Assembly: GCA_030704615.1 (NCBI GenBank)
Contig: CM060732.1
Coordinates: forward strand, 2,480,001 to 2,544,000
Length of the DNA: 64,000 nucleotides
Reading direction: 5' to 3'
Source of the DNA: Takakia lepidozioides
Lineage: Eukaryota; Plantae; Bryophyta
The position numbers and the translations under genes are program-made. Numbering within the stretch: position 1 is the first letter of the stretch; each line of letters begins with the position of its first letter. The notes below the pieces were generated by a model. It had not been told where the DNA came from, did no database searches, and saw nothing but the letters and a program-made list of their open reading frames with translations. Of this stretch, positions 1-12,174 are shown piece by piece.

Positions 1-410
1 TTGCAGCCAGAGCAGCAATGATTTTGTCTTGAATGTCTTTGTCAGCGAGTGGGGCAAGTGCCGCGGCGTTGTCGTTAAGGTTTCTCAAAACAACTTCATC
101 GAATGGTGTGTCCTGTTTTGGCAGATCGAGGTACCACCCACAGTCTCTGAAGTGCGCCCTGCTCCAGTCTCTGGCAATACCAGCCATGTACATTGTCTTG
201 TCATTGGAGGGGTCAGCCCACGAGTTGATGAAGTCTGGGTCATCGCTAAGGTACTTTCCTGGTATGAGGACATGATACATATACCCGAATGACACACACA
301 CCCAAAATCCAGACAGTCGATCGATCTGATCAGAACACAGATCACACATCACGAGAAGTGTATTGGCATGCAGGTCAGTAACACTGATAAACCAACGTTT
401 GAAAGCCCGA

Positions 411-1168
411 TTCAACATTGCATTGACGCAATGTTGATTCGAGCTGAAATGGGAAACACCAAATTTGGAGAACTACACTTTCAACAAGCACGTACGAGAG
501 GGAAAGCCCATTATCCTAAAACATCTCATGCACAACATTGGAACCCCAATCAACCTTGCATTGACGCAAAGAAGATTGGCGGATACACCTATGATAATGT
601 AGCATTGAAAGAGACAGTGCTTGGCAACGGAATTCAACATTGCGTCAACGCAAGGTTGTTTTCATTAACAGAGGAAATGGAAAACAGTGATTGAAAACCA
701 CCATCCGAATATCTGCTGGTATGGATATTCAACCTTGCGTTGACGCAAGGTTGAATTCCTCTGCTGAAACACCTGTCCAAGGTATTTTTGATAACCTTAA
801 CTTTCCTACAATTGTATGGAAATCGGGGTATTTTGGTGGGATTAATCTAGCAATCCATACCGTCAAACAACGTTGCATCAACGCAAGGCTGTTTGATGGT
901 AGAGTGTAAGCTCTAAACAGCATTTCAAACAGACTCCAAACTGACTTTAAGTTCATCCTGGCAGCATTGCAACTGGAAACCACCAAAAAAACAGCCCAAG
1001 AACACAGGAAAACCTACACAGCCAGGCCCTTCATCAACCTTGCGTTAATGCAAGGTTGATTTGCCTGTCAATTTTTGCCCTTTCACATGCAGAATAATGA
1101 CCTCATTGGATACCATGAAAGTGAAACCAAAACAAAGGGATATAAGCTTGCGTTAACGCAATGTTGCT
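411..1168. repeat. Array of 7 palindromes CAACCTTGCGT-(TG/CA)-ACGCAAGGTTG in a predicted intron
   Basis: Copies near 413, 551, 634, 730, 868, 1035 and 1145. Spacing is about 83-167 bp and the intervening sequences are largely dissimilar. Confidence 0.9.
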
Positions 1169-3050
1169 CAGCTGCACGTCCAGAGCCTTCAGAGCTCCCT
1201 GAAAACCTCCGAATTCGCAGTTTTACATGGAAAAAACGAAACAAGAATACAGAAACATACACTTCAAGTACCAGAATTGTTTCTTGGAGGTCACACCTGT
1301 ACAACACTCGTTTCATTGATTGCTCGCTGTTGTACTGGTTTTTGAATTCGTAGGACCTGGAGATTCTTTTTTCTCTCTCAAACTCCCTGAAAAAACAGTT
1401 GTTCTAGACAGCGAGCTTCCATCTCCTGATATAGGCCTTCAGTGTGATCCGGGGGCAAGACATCTGGATTTTGTAGTCTGCCATTGACTCCCCAAGTGCA
1501 GCCACCGCTCGTTTTTCCAACTGCAGCAAGAAAGACCATAAGAATTGTGGAGAGAGCACGGAGCAGCACAACCATTTGAAAATGGTTTTGTGGAAACTTT
1601 ACCTGGCTCCAGAAGGTTGCTTTGTGTAGCCACTGGTCGAATGTGTGGTCGCTAATAACTTTTATTGCTTGTGTCTTCGAGTCCCTCTCAGGAGATGGGA
1701 ACATGTTGGTGTCTCTCACAAGTGGATCGGAATTCCAGATCTCCAACCACCTGATTTTGGTTGCATTGTCCAACATTGAAATGGAAAGGTGATGCAGTTT
1801 CTCTTGGGTCATCTCTGGCTTTGAGCCATACTTGTCATAATGTGCTTTCACTTGTTCCAGAAATTCCGTGCCAAGACTTGGATCTGCTATGCGGATTTGT
1901 TTGTCGAATGCACTCATGAGGTTTTTCCTTTGATTGTTCATCTCAAATTTCATTATGTCCTCAAGCCTAGTAGCAGACCTCTGCTCTTCTGTGTGGGAAG
2001 CATAGTACTCTGCTTTCGCCTTCAAACCAGTTTATGCTATTTCTTGCTGCATACATTACAGGGAGAAAGAATCAAACATTGCCGTTTCTTGATAAAATTT
2101 GCAGTAACAACAATCAAACAGATATCAAGAAGCTTACCGGGTATATGTAGTCAAGAAAAGCCTCCCTTGTCAGGCTGTACCATGTGCTTGTCTTCTTTTC
2201 AGCACACCTCTTCATCTGCTGAGGACTGAGCACGTTCGTGAATGACTCCAGTGGCATCAGCCCTATCTTCTGGATACGGAATAGAGTGTGGCAGAGATTT
2301 GTCGTCACATGGGAGGTTTCATTGGACCTGGAAAAACCTTCAACTCATAAGATGATTTCTAATTGTGCAAATGCAGATCGGAACGGGAACAATGTTGGTA
2401 ACTTACTTGTTTATGTCGTGCATGGCTGTCAAGAGCTGCGTGACACGTCCTTTGTGGTCGAGTACCATGGAAACCACGCTCCAATGCCATTCGATCTCGT
2501 CCGAGTGCAAGCTTGAAATGTAATCCATCCAGGCTTGTCTATGGTTCTTATCCTAGACAAAAAACATCTTTCCCATAAAACGCTTTTGTGGAGGCCTTTT
2601 TGGACAGCTTGAACTCAAACTCCATGTTTACATCCCGCCAGCATGCATCCCAACTTTGCTCTATCTCCTATGTTACAAGACACTCCTCTCCTTTCGTGTT
2701 CACAGTGGATACATAGAACACAGCAGATCCCTTAACATAGCCGTGAACAAAATCGTTCTTCAACTTCGTGATGTCGTTCCTCAATGCGGGTCAAACCGCG
2801 GGCATGGAGATCATCCTGCATAGTGGGATAACCAGGTTTCCGCCGGGAACCTCCATCGACAGAATCACCTACAAGGAGTTCACTTTCTGCCCACCCATAA
2901 CCTCCTCGGCCTTGTCTTCATAGTGTCCCTCAAATGACTCCTCCTCACCATCACCTTCTGCCTCTTCCGCATCTCCCCCCACGGATTTCCTTTTTATTTA
3001 CCTCTGCACAGAATGAATATCCCTGTGAGTGACAGATTGAGCTCCCATGG

Positions 3051-3634
3051 ATCTACCTTGCGTTGACGCAAGGTGGATTGATGGGGATGCAGCTTAGTCT
3101 GAAATGCATACTGCAACAGTCCATTGAACCAACTAAATGCTTTGCGTTGACGCAGGGTTCTTTTGGTGGCTTCAGATAATCGACTTTCCCTACTTTGCCT
3201 TTCCTGGTGCGAGACTTCAGATGCAGAGAGTGGCATCAGAATCAGCCTCGCGTCAACGCAAGGTTGATTCGAGTGCTGAATCTGCTTCATGTAACCTTCA
3301 TAAACAAACGCTTTGGAGGTCGACATCAACCTTGCGTTGACGCAAGGTTGCTAAGGAGCTCTCAGATTGGTGTTCAACAAACACAAAAATCACATGGAAA
3401 GGCACATTGCAACTTATGGTTTCTTCTTGGCACTGTATGATGCATCGGGAGCATTCAACAGTTCCATGGCTGCCAGGCGTTTAGGGTTTGTGGGATTGAA
3501 CAGAAAAGGCACACGAATCAACCTCACGTCAACGCAAGGTTGATTCGAGTGCAGCATCTGCACTCGTTTCATACCCAGAACATACACTGTGGATGTCGAC
3601 ATCAACCTTGCGTTGACGCAAGGTTGATGTCGAC
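3051..3634. repeat. Array of 6 palindromes (same core) in predicted intron 1 (3004-3680)
   Basis: Copies near 3053, 3139, 3242, 3326, 3518 and 3602. The last is GTCGACATCAACCTTGCGT-TG-ACGCAAGGTTGATGTCGAC (3595-3634, perfect 19-bp arms). Confidence 0.9.
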
Positions 3635-4823
3635 CTCTCTGATGAGCAGACAAAAAAAAGGATAAAGGATTAATAGTCACCTCCAGTTTCTTCTTTGCAC
3701 TTGATGATCCTCCTGAGGCATTCAACTTTTCCATGGGGTCTGGAGGCAGCTTACTTCCAAGGAGGTCCCGGTGGTGCGAAACAACGGTAGACAATAATGG
3801 TCTCTGTGTCCATCTCTCCTCCCTGCTCTCTCAAGACCTGGTTCTCCACTCGCAGTTCTTCCTCCCGAGCCCAGCTGACTTCCTTGTCCTCCCCCCCTTC
3901 AATTGGAGGTTGCTCTTTGGTCGCCTCCGGGATCACTTGAAGACCTTCCTCTCCAAACAGTGGTTGCAGAATCGGGTTTTGGCGTTCGTCCTCATCTCCG
4001 CCGGAGGGTTCCTCTCCCATTATAAGTTCCCGTCTCGCCTTCCTCATCCTCTCCTTAGCGCGTACCCTTTGCTTGTTTGATGTGAAGTAAAGTGTTCTTC
4101 GACATTTTCTTCTCCCTCGGGATATGGTCACCGTCTCTACAGAATCCAGGGTTGCAAAGACAATATGAAGAAGAAGGAAAAAAGGGGGCTACGGTGGGTT
4201 CAGCGCAAGGCCTTCCACGCCAAGATGATCGCTCGGAACGACCTGTGTGCCACATGCTCATTCCACATGCATGGCGAACACGTGTCCATCTAACCGTTAT
4301 GTATATCTCCGGAAATCATTTTTTTCTCATCCACCGAAATTCGTTCGGGTCCACCTCTCATCCGAAAAAGTTCATTGTTGAGTAATAGCTTTTGGGATGT
4401 TTCAGAGGAATGTGAAGTATATACAGTTGTACAGCGGTGCAGGTGCCGTTAAAATTGAATGGAAATGGGCATCTCATCTGGAATCTCTGACATGACAGGC
4501 AAATGGCAGCTCTGTTAGTGAATCTTGCTGAGTTGGTTGTCCGATGCACTAGTGGGGCACCTCTGGGAAAACAGTTGCATTCTTTGATTAGGGCTGACAT
4601 TATCCACTCCACATTTGGGCAATCTACGACCGTCCACTTGGTTCGCATGGGCACACATTTCTACGATGTGCCGAACCGCGTTAGGAGACCTGCAAGCGGG
4701 TGCGACACCTGCAACTGTGTGTAAGGACATCATCTATACAGCCAAAAAACTCCGCTCTAGTACAACCTGCAATCAGAAGCAACGTCGGACTGTGAACTGT
4801 TCGTTTTGAAGCAACATTGACAG

Positions 4824-5930
4824 ATGGCCTCCCCGCCCATAGGCTCCCTTGACGCGGACTTCTTCAGTGAGGACCACCCTGTCCCCTTTTCTTACGAGGG
4901 GGAAGATGACGGTTTTGCGGTGGTGCATGAACACGTGCTCGCAATGCAGTTTCGGTTGGAAAATGGAACTCTATTCCTTGAAAGGGAAGTGTACGATGCC
5001 AATGGAAAACTGCTCAAGTACGCGTTCCAGAAACCTTCGCATACTGCACCAACCACACAATGGAGAGTGACTCCAGGTAGATACAGGGTGCTCAGTGCTC
5101 CTCGGAGACAGTCTGCAGGATCGTTCGTTACTCCTGGCATGGCAGCATCAGTGGCCCAGGAGAAAACACCTGTGGTTGTCAAGAAGGAGTCAAGTACCGT
5201 TAACACTGTAGTTGAGCTTTCGGACTCATCCTCCGTTGACGCCTGTGAAATACCGCCCGTGGATCAGCCATGTCCACATCAGGAAGCAGATGTGGAGGAG
5301 ATCACCAGTGTCATTCCTAAACTGCAGGATTCAAGAGTGAGTTGAGGGGGATTGACTGGAGCACTTTCAATGTTCAGAGGGTGGCATTCTTGCCAGAATC
5401 TTTTGATGGTAATACTGTTTTTGAGCTGCCTCCTCCTGGTCGCGTTGGGGGCATTTCTAGTCTCATGGAAGGAATGGACAAAAAGCACGATGGGCACCCT
5501 TGGTGCCGCACAAAAACCTCCAATATTCACAACCACGACAACCTCATATTCAGGCGAACAGTCGGTAATGGGCACCTGAAATGCGAGAACATGAAATGCG
5601 GACACTTTGCATTGTCGGGTGTGCAAAACCAAAGCGAATGGGATGGTGTCAGTGAGAATCCATTCAAGCCTGGTGTGACACCTCCATACAGTAACACTTT
5701 TGTGTGCAAGTTCTGTAGGGTACCGCCTTGCTACCTTACAATGTGTGGCGCCAGAATGTACTATGTGGTGCATCGATTCAAAACCCTGACTAGAGCCTGT
5801 GTCCATTTCGGTTTTCACAACCACCTTGTGTCCAAGGGGGATTACAGGGAGAGCGTTGAGACAGTCTTGCGTCTGATAAGGCAAGAGTTGGATACTAATC
5901 CAACTGGAACCACATCTGCAATTGCCATGG
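4824..5930 (+). pseudogene. MULE-like transposase N-terminal part with GCM/WRKY-like Zn domain, truncated before the DDE core
   Basis: ORFs 4824-5345 and 5342-5983 read MDKKHDGHPWCRTKTSNI...GHLKCENMKC...CKFC...C.ARMY..H...TRACVHFGFHNH, homologous to 48395-49687. The frame runs into a tandem repeat at about 5935. Confidence 0.8.
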
Positions 5931-5934
5931 GGGA

Positions 5935-7264
5935 TGTGTCAAGCCATAGCACACCACAATTGGAGCAATTGGCAAGAACATAGGCCCATTTGAGTACCTG
6001 AACGTCCGGAAACTTGAACAACAAGTGCAGACTTGTTGGGGGCCAGACCACAACCCCTTAAATCTCTGGAGGCCATAATATGTTGATCACACTAGTTGTG
6101 AGAAATTCTCCAAGCCATAGCACACCACAATTGGAGCAACTGGTAAGGAGATAGGCCCATCTGAATAGTTGAACGTCCGGAAACTTGAACTACAAGTGCA
6201 GATCTGTTGGGGGCTAGACCACAACCCCTTGAGAAAATTCAAAGCTCAGGAGGCCATCATAACTTGATCACACTAGTTTTTAGAAATTTTTCAAGCCATA
6301 GCACACCACAATTGGAGCAATTGACAAGGAGATAGGCCCATCTGAATAGTTGAACGTCCGGAAACTTGAACTACAAATACAGATCTGTTGGGGGCCAGAC
6401 CATAACCCCTTAAGAAAATTCAGAGCTCAGGAGGCCACCATAACTTGATCACACTAGTTGTTATAAATGTTTCAAGCCATAGCACACACAAATTGGAGCA
6501 ATTGGCAAGGAGATAGGGCCATCTGAGTACCAGAACGTCCGAAAACTTGAACAACAAGTGCAGACCTGTTGGGGGCCAGACCACAACCCCTTAAGAAAAT
6601 TCAGAGCTCAGGAGGCCACCATAACTTGATCACACTAGTTTTTAGAAATGTTTCAAGCCATAGCACACCACAATTGGAGAAATTGGCAAGAAGAGAGGCC
6701 TATTTGAGCAAAGTGATACCAATCACTGTTGTATAGGCAACCACTCATGAGCGACCACTAGAATAATGGTTCCAATTACTGCAGTGTCTTTCACCACCCA
6801 CTCTCCACCACTGTCAAAGTGGTATAAATCAATGAGGTGTCTTTAACCACTCAAGATCAACGTGCACTGTCCCCGTCCACGTGGAATATTATATTTATTA
6901 ATTAAAATAGATTTCCAAATCATAAATCATAAATAAAATTTGAATTATTACATGTGGAGTAGCAAGTGGTTTCAACCACTTCCCATCACTGAGGTGTCTA
7001 TAACCACTCACAATGTACCACTGCACTCGTCCATGTGGAATATTATATTTATTAATTAAAAAAATATTACCAAATTAAAATATATATATATATATTACGC
7101 TTGGACTACTGAGTGGTTGAAACCACTTCCAACCACTGTTTGTGATGCCACCATGGCATTTCATCGGGATTAACCACTGACAAGTGGTTACTAGTGGTTT
7201 ATAGAGCGGGAAAAGACAATAGTGGTTAAAGGGCCAGTGGTTATTCCGCGTTTTTCTTCTAGTG
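5935..7264. mobile_element. CACTA (En/Spm) element right end
   Basis: Ends ...TTTTTCTTCTAGTG at 7264 (reverse complement CACTAGAAGAAAAA). Dense AACCACT/AGTGGTT subterminal motifs at 6720-7250. Confidence 0.7.
5938..6715. repeat. Tandem repeat, about 181-bp unit, about 4.3 copies
   Basis: AAGCCATAGCACAC anchor at 5941, 6112, 6293, 6474 and 6655. Confidence 0.9.
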
Positions 7265-7960
7265 GAGTGAGAACGAGCACATGATCATGGGGTGCAAACA
7301 CCCATGGCAGATGTGGGATGAGATGCGGAAAGAGAGAGTCATTGGATCTCTCAACGAGCAATATGAGGAGTGGGGAGAGCCATACAGGGAGGATCAGTTG
7401 GAGGCCAAGGTGGTCAAGGCTCTTGAAGAGGTTGAGGATGTTTCTTTTGCGGAGGATGTTCTCAAGGTGGCTATGGTGGAGCAAGTGGAGGCTACGCCAC
7501 AGTTAGGGCGGGCGGATAAGGCCCAAGAGGTTGCTATCTAGCAACCAAATGATGCGTCTCCTACCTCCAAGGAGGTTAGCTATTTCATGAGCATGAGCGG
7601 CATGAGCGGCATGAGCGGAGTAGTAAGACAATCGGTTTTCATGAGCAGAAGTACAAATTTCGAAAATAAAAAAAATAAAAAAAACATTAATTTAATACAA
7701 TGTGTCAGGAAAAACAAATATATTATTCGGCCCCTTGAAGGGAAAATTGTAGTTTTGACAGTTGTGCTCATGATATTTCGTCTTCCGCTCATGCCAATTC
7801 CCAGCGACATGTGCAAATATGGCGCCGAATTTCGCGGTAATAGGGTCCGTAACCTGAAAAACGGCGACGTATTTCGCGGTAATAGGTCTCTCTGGCGAAA
7901 AATGGTGCCGAATTCCGCGGCTATAGGTCCCCTCATGACAGGTAATTCGGCGCCATTTTT

Positions 7961-9039
7961 GTTCCCCCTCGCCAATTTGTGACAATGGGAACCAACGTGT
8001 ATGCAAGCTCGGGTGAGGTCAGGGAAACGGTGCAACACATAGAATTGCTTGGCATTACAAACAGACATGCAGTGTGGTGGTTCTTTGCAATGCGCACACT
8101 TAAATGTGGAGTTCGGAACCTTCTCCTGAGCTCGAAATGGTTGATGAGCTGTGCCTGTCCAATCGGTCTCGTTCCTGCGACCTCTGGATTTAAAGTGGAA
8201 GCAAGTTGGGGAGAAACACCGCAACGCGCCCGCACAAACAACGTAGCGCACCCGCACACCATCGAGCATCTTCATGCTGGTGGTTTTGGTAACGCACAAA
8301 GGATGACCGTCATGTTTTCTATCCATATCTGTCAACATTCCGGACGCCCTCGAGTAGTCCGCCCGAGGAGGGAAGATATTACCGTCGACGTCGGCGGGAA
8401 GGCATGTAACCGATTTAATTGCGAACTTGCTGTAGTCCAGCCCGGCCAGCTCCGACCGGTGTCCCTCCAGGTGAAGCCCTCGCAGAATTTCAAGAATAGA
8501 TCGAACTGCGGTGCTCGTGCTGGGAATATGCCTCCTCCACAAACGTCCATTGAGGACTTGCCTGATCTCCAGGATGACCTCGGAACTTCCATGACCTCGT
8601 CTGAGTCGGACAGGTTGTGAACAACCCGGTTCTCGCTCGTCTTCATGGATGGGTTCGGCTCTGGATTTACTTCGTTGCGGACTTCTCTCTTTGAGGTAGC
8701 CACTCTCTGATTCGCGGATTGTTTCGTGGAAGGCGCCTGGATAGAAGGTGCATTTGGCGGGCAAATGAAGTCCCCAACAGCCCCGTATATGACGCTGTCC
8801 GATGGTGGAACTCGCCATTCCCTGCCATCGCCGAAATCATCGTGGAGCACAACAATACTCTTGACAACAAGGCCGTTTGAGTCCTTCCTTTCCTCCTCCA
8901 AAAAAACCGACCCCGGTTTCAGGTGGTATCGAACGCACAGATATTTCTCCATCACCCGACAGATGTCCCCTCTGCACGGAAATGAAGCTCTATGCTCGTG
9001 AGGAGGGCAGTACACTGTAGCGCTCGGGTTTTCCGCCAT
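7961..9039 (-). pseudogene. Family B transposase N-terminal fragment (GCM-like domain only)
   Basis: MAENPSATVY...MDRKHDGHPLCVTKT...C..C...CAHC...TRACIHVGSHCH. Joined at 7960/7961 to the 3' subterminal repeats. Confidence 0.85.
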
Positions 9040-9343
9040 GGGAGATGTGCACACAAGACTGCCAGGCTGGCGTGCGGGGAAGCTCCCCGGTAGAAGGGGG
9101 ATGCAGCGATGGGAAGGAATGCGGTGCCGATTTGTCCGAGCGACGAAGCCTGATCCAAATCCAGGGAGCCAACTATCTCAAAAATCCAGAGTCAGAGTAT
9201 TAATGAACCTTGTCTCCGGAATGTGGCCCTTGGTCTTTGCGCAATAACTGCCAACGGTATGCAGTCAGAAAGTGGGGGGCCGTCCGGATGATGTCGGCTG
9301 AAGGGGAGAAGCCGGCACCGTGCCGTCACATTACTACCCCCGA

Positions 9344-11870
9344 ATGGAAATTCGGCACCCAATACCCAACAGGGGCCGCACGGATGAAGTCGTATGGGGC
9401 AGAGATGCCCGCACCTGTCCGACAGAAAACATCCCCCGGATGGAAATTCAGCGCCGAATTTCCATTCGGATCCACCCAAAGGAAGTCCTATCGGGGGGTC
9501 AAGCCGAAAACTGGCCGGCGCGTGTGCGACAGAGAATATCCCCTGGATGGACATTCGGCGCCGAATTTCCATCCAGGCCCCCGCAAAGCAAGTCGTGTCG
9601 AGGGGTCAGGCCGAAAACTGGCCGGCATAAAAACATCCCCAGATGGAAAAACGGCGCCGAATTTCCATCCGGGGCGGTTCGGATGCAATCGGGGAGGGGG
9701 GAGAGGCCGGCACCTGGCCGTCACATTTCAACCCCCGGACGGAAATTCGGCACCGAATATCCAACAAGGGACGCCCGGATGAAGTCGCCTCGGGCGTAGA
9801 GGCCGGCACGTGTTCGACAGAGAGCATCCCCTATATGGAGATTCGGCGCCGAATTTCCATCCGGGCCCCCCCAAAGGAAGTCGTGTCGGGGGGTCAGGCC
9901 GAAAACTGGCCGACGTAAAAACCTTCCCAGATGGAAAAACGGCGCCGAATTTCCATCCGGGGCCGTTCCAATGCAGTCAGGGAGGGGGGAGAGGCCGGCA
10001 CCTGGCCGTCATATTTCAACCCCCGGACGGAAATTCGGCACCGAATATCCAACAGAGCGGCGGAGAGGCCGGCACCTCTCCGACAGAGACCATCCCCCGG
10101 ATGGAAATTCGGCGCCGAATTTCCATCGGGGCCCCCTCAAAGGAAGTCGTAAAAACCTCCCAGAATGGAAAAACGGCGCCGAATTTCCGTCCGAGGCTAT
10201 TCCGATTTGCCTCTAGCAGCGCCGAATTTCCGTCGGGGCCCCCTCAAAGGAAGTCGTAAAAACCTCCCAGAATGGAAAAACGGCGCCGAATTTACGTCCG
10301 AGGCTGTTCCGATTTGCCTCTAGCAGTCAAGGATTCCAAGAAAAACGTGTCTACAAGTGCACTTCAACCACAAAACAAACAGTTAGGTTTGTTTTTCTCC
10401 GAAAAATCAATCGGACACGCTCAGAATTACCTGCAGGAAGGTAATTCAGCGCTTCAAAATACCTGGCGAATGGAAATTCGGCGCCGAATATCCATACGTC
10501 AGCGATCCGACTTACCTGCTGGATGGAAATTCGGCGCCGGATCTCCATCCATCCGCTATCCGACCAACCTTGCGGATGGAAATCCGGCGCCGGATTTCCA
10601 TCCATCCGCTTCCGAATTACCTGCGTGAGGGAAATTTGGCGTGCCGCCCTACCAAATTTGCAGCGCCGACTTACCTGGAGGATGGAAATCCGGCGCCGGA
10701 TTTCCATCCATCCACGCTCCGAATTACCTGCATGATGGAAATTTTGCGCGCCGACCTATCTGGCGGATGGAAATCCGGCGCCGGATTTCCATCCATCCGC
10801 TCTTCGAATTACCTACATGATGGAAATTTTGGGCGCCGACTTACCTGGAGGATGGAAATCCGTCGCTGGATTTCCATCCATCCGCGCTCCGAATTACCTG
10901 CATGACGGAAATTTTGTACCTGGCGGATGGAAATCATGCGCCGGATTTCCATCCATCCGCTCACAAGTAACCTGCATGACAGAAATTTGCAGCGCCGACT
11001 TACCTGGAGGATGGAAATCCGGCGCCGGATTTCCATCCATCCGCTCTTCGAATTACCTGCATGACGGAAATTTTGCGCGCCGACTTACCTGGCGGATGGA
11101 AATCCGGCGCCGGATTTCCATCCATCCGCTCTTCGAATTACCTGCATGACTGGAAAAATGGCGCCGAATTTCCGATTTTGGTGCCAGTCATATTTGGGAC
11201 TTAGCCATTTTTGGCCCCGAACTGGAAAAATGGCGCCGGAAAAAAAATTTTAAAAAAAAAATTAAAAATCGCCATTTTTCCAGTTCAGGGCCGAAAACGG
11301 CTAAGTCCCAGATCTGACTGGCACCAAAATCGGAAATTCGGCGCCATTTTTCCAGTTCTGGGCCCAGTCAGATCTGGGACTTAGCCATTTTCGGCCCCGA
11401 ATTGGAAAAATGGCGCCGAATTTCCGATTTTGGTGCCAGTCAGATCTGGGACTTAGCCATTTTTGGCCCCGAACTGGAAAAATGGCGCCGAAAAAAAAAA
11501 AACACCATTTTTCCAGTTCGGGGCCGAAAACGGCTAAGTCCCAGATCTGACTGGCACCCAAAATCGGAAATTCGGCGCCATTTTTCCAGTTCAGGGCCCC
11601 GAAAATGGCTAAGTCCCTACGATGGCTGGAACCGCAACTGGAAATTCGGCACCATTTTTCCAGTTCCGCGCCATATCAGATCTGGGACTTAGCCATTTTC
11701 GGCCCCGAACTGGAAAAATGGCGCCATTTTTCCAGTTCGGGGCCGAAAATGGCTAAGTCCCTAGGGTGGCTGGCACCAAAATCGGAAATTCGGCGCCATT
11801 TTTCTAGTTCCGGGCCCAATCAGATCTGGGACTTAGCCATTTTCGGCCCCAACCTGGAAAAATGGCACCG

Positions 11871-11916
<46 letters not shown>

Positions 11917-12060
11917 GCCATTTTTCAGTTCGGGGCCGAAAACGGCTAAGTCCCAGATCTGACTGGCACCAAAATCGGAAATTCGGCGCCATTTTTCCAG
12001 TTCTGGGCCCAGTCAGATCTGGGACTTAGCCATTTTCGGCCCCGAACTGGAAAAATGGCG
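9344..12060. repeat. Composite array of GGAAA-N3-GGCGCC-N3-TTTCC palindromes (B1)
   Basis: Three zones: GGAAATTCGGCGCCGAATTTCC units (about 9344-10300), GATGGAAATCCGGCGCCGGATTTCCATC units (about 10470-11150), and GGAAAAATGGCGCCATTTTTCC with GGCTAAGTCCCAGATCTG / CAGATCTGGGACTTAGCC and poly-A/T (about 11150-12090). Confidence 0.92.
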
Positions 12061-12174
12061 TTTTTTTTTTTTTTTTTTTTTTTTTTTTGGGCCGTGCCGT
12101 TTTTATTTCATTGAAAGACTGTTTCTGCTTCTGCTGGTATTGACATTCTTCAAGTGGATTTGTTCTTACTGTAG

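Larger units (their letters stand above)
1..4131 (-). pseudogene. Spliced accessory gene of MULE family A, with a degenerate ParB/Srx-like domain and a downstream Cys-rich exon
   Basis: Hand-built exons: about 4131-3681, 3003-2407, 2327-2138, 2046-about 1261, and about 383-<1, all bounded by GT..AG. Exon 2 reads IPLCRMISMPAV*PALRNDITKLKNDFVHGYVKGSAVFYVST...MGKMFFV*DKNHRQAWMDY...AMHDIN. The last exon reads VMCDLCSDQIDRLSGFWVCVSFGYMYHV... and stays open to base 1. In-frame stops fit C>T or G>A decay (CAA/CAG/CGA/TGG); frameshifts are present. Confidence 0.6.
1..5934 (+). mobile_element. MULE-like DNA transposon, family A (partial: runs off the left edge, truncated on the right)
   Basis: Transposase 5' part on + (4824-5930) and a divergent spliced accessory gene on - (1-4131). 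The layout and peptides match the element at 45124-52155 (DDGFAVV, RRQSxGSxxTPG, LYFTS..R.RA..RMR, SSxAKKK followed by a GT donor). Confidence 0.75.

Noticed and set aside
2407-3003. Bacterial contamination or recent horizontal transfer of parB
   Set aside because: The gene has GT-AG introns, sits inside a eukaryotic transposon, and has no parA or operon context.
411-3634. Canonical CRISPR array in family A
   Set aside because: Spacer lengths are irregular, repeat orientation flips, some spacers are duplicated, and there are no cas genes. Kept only as a palindrome array.
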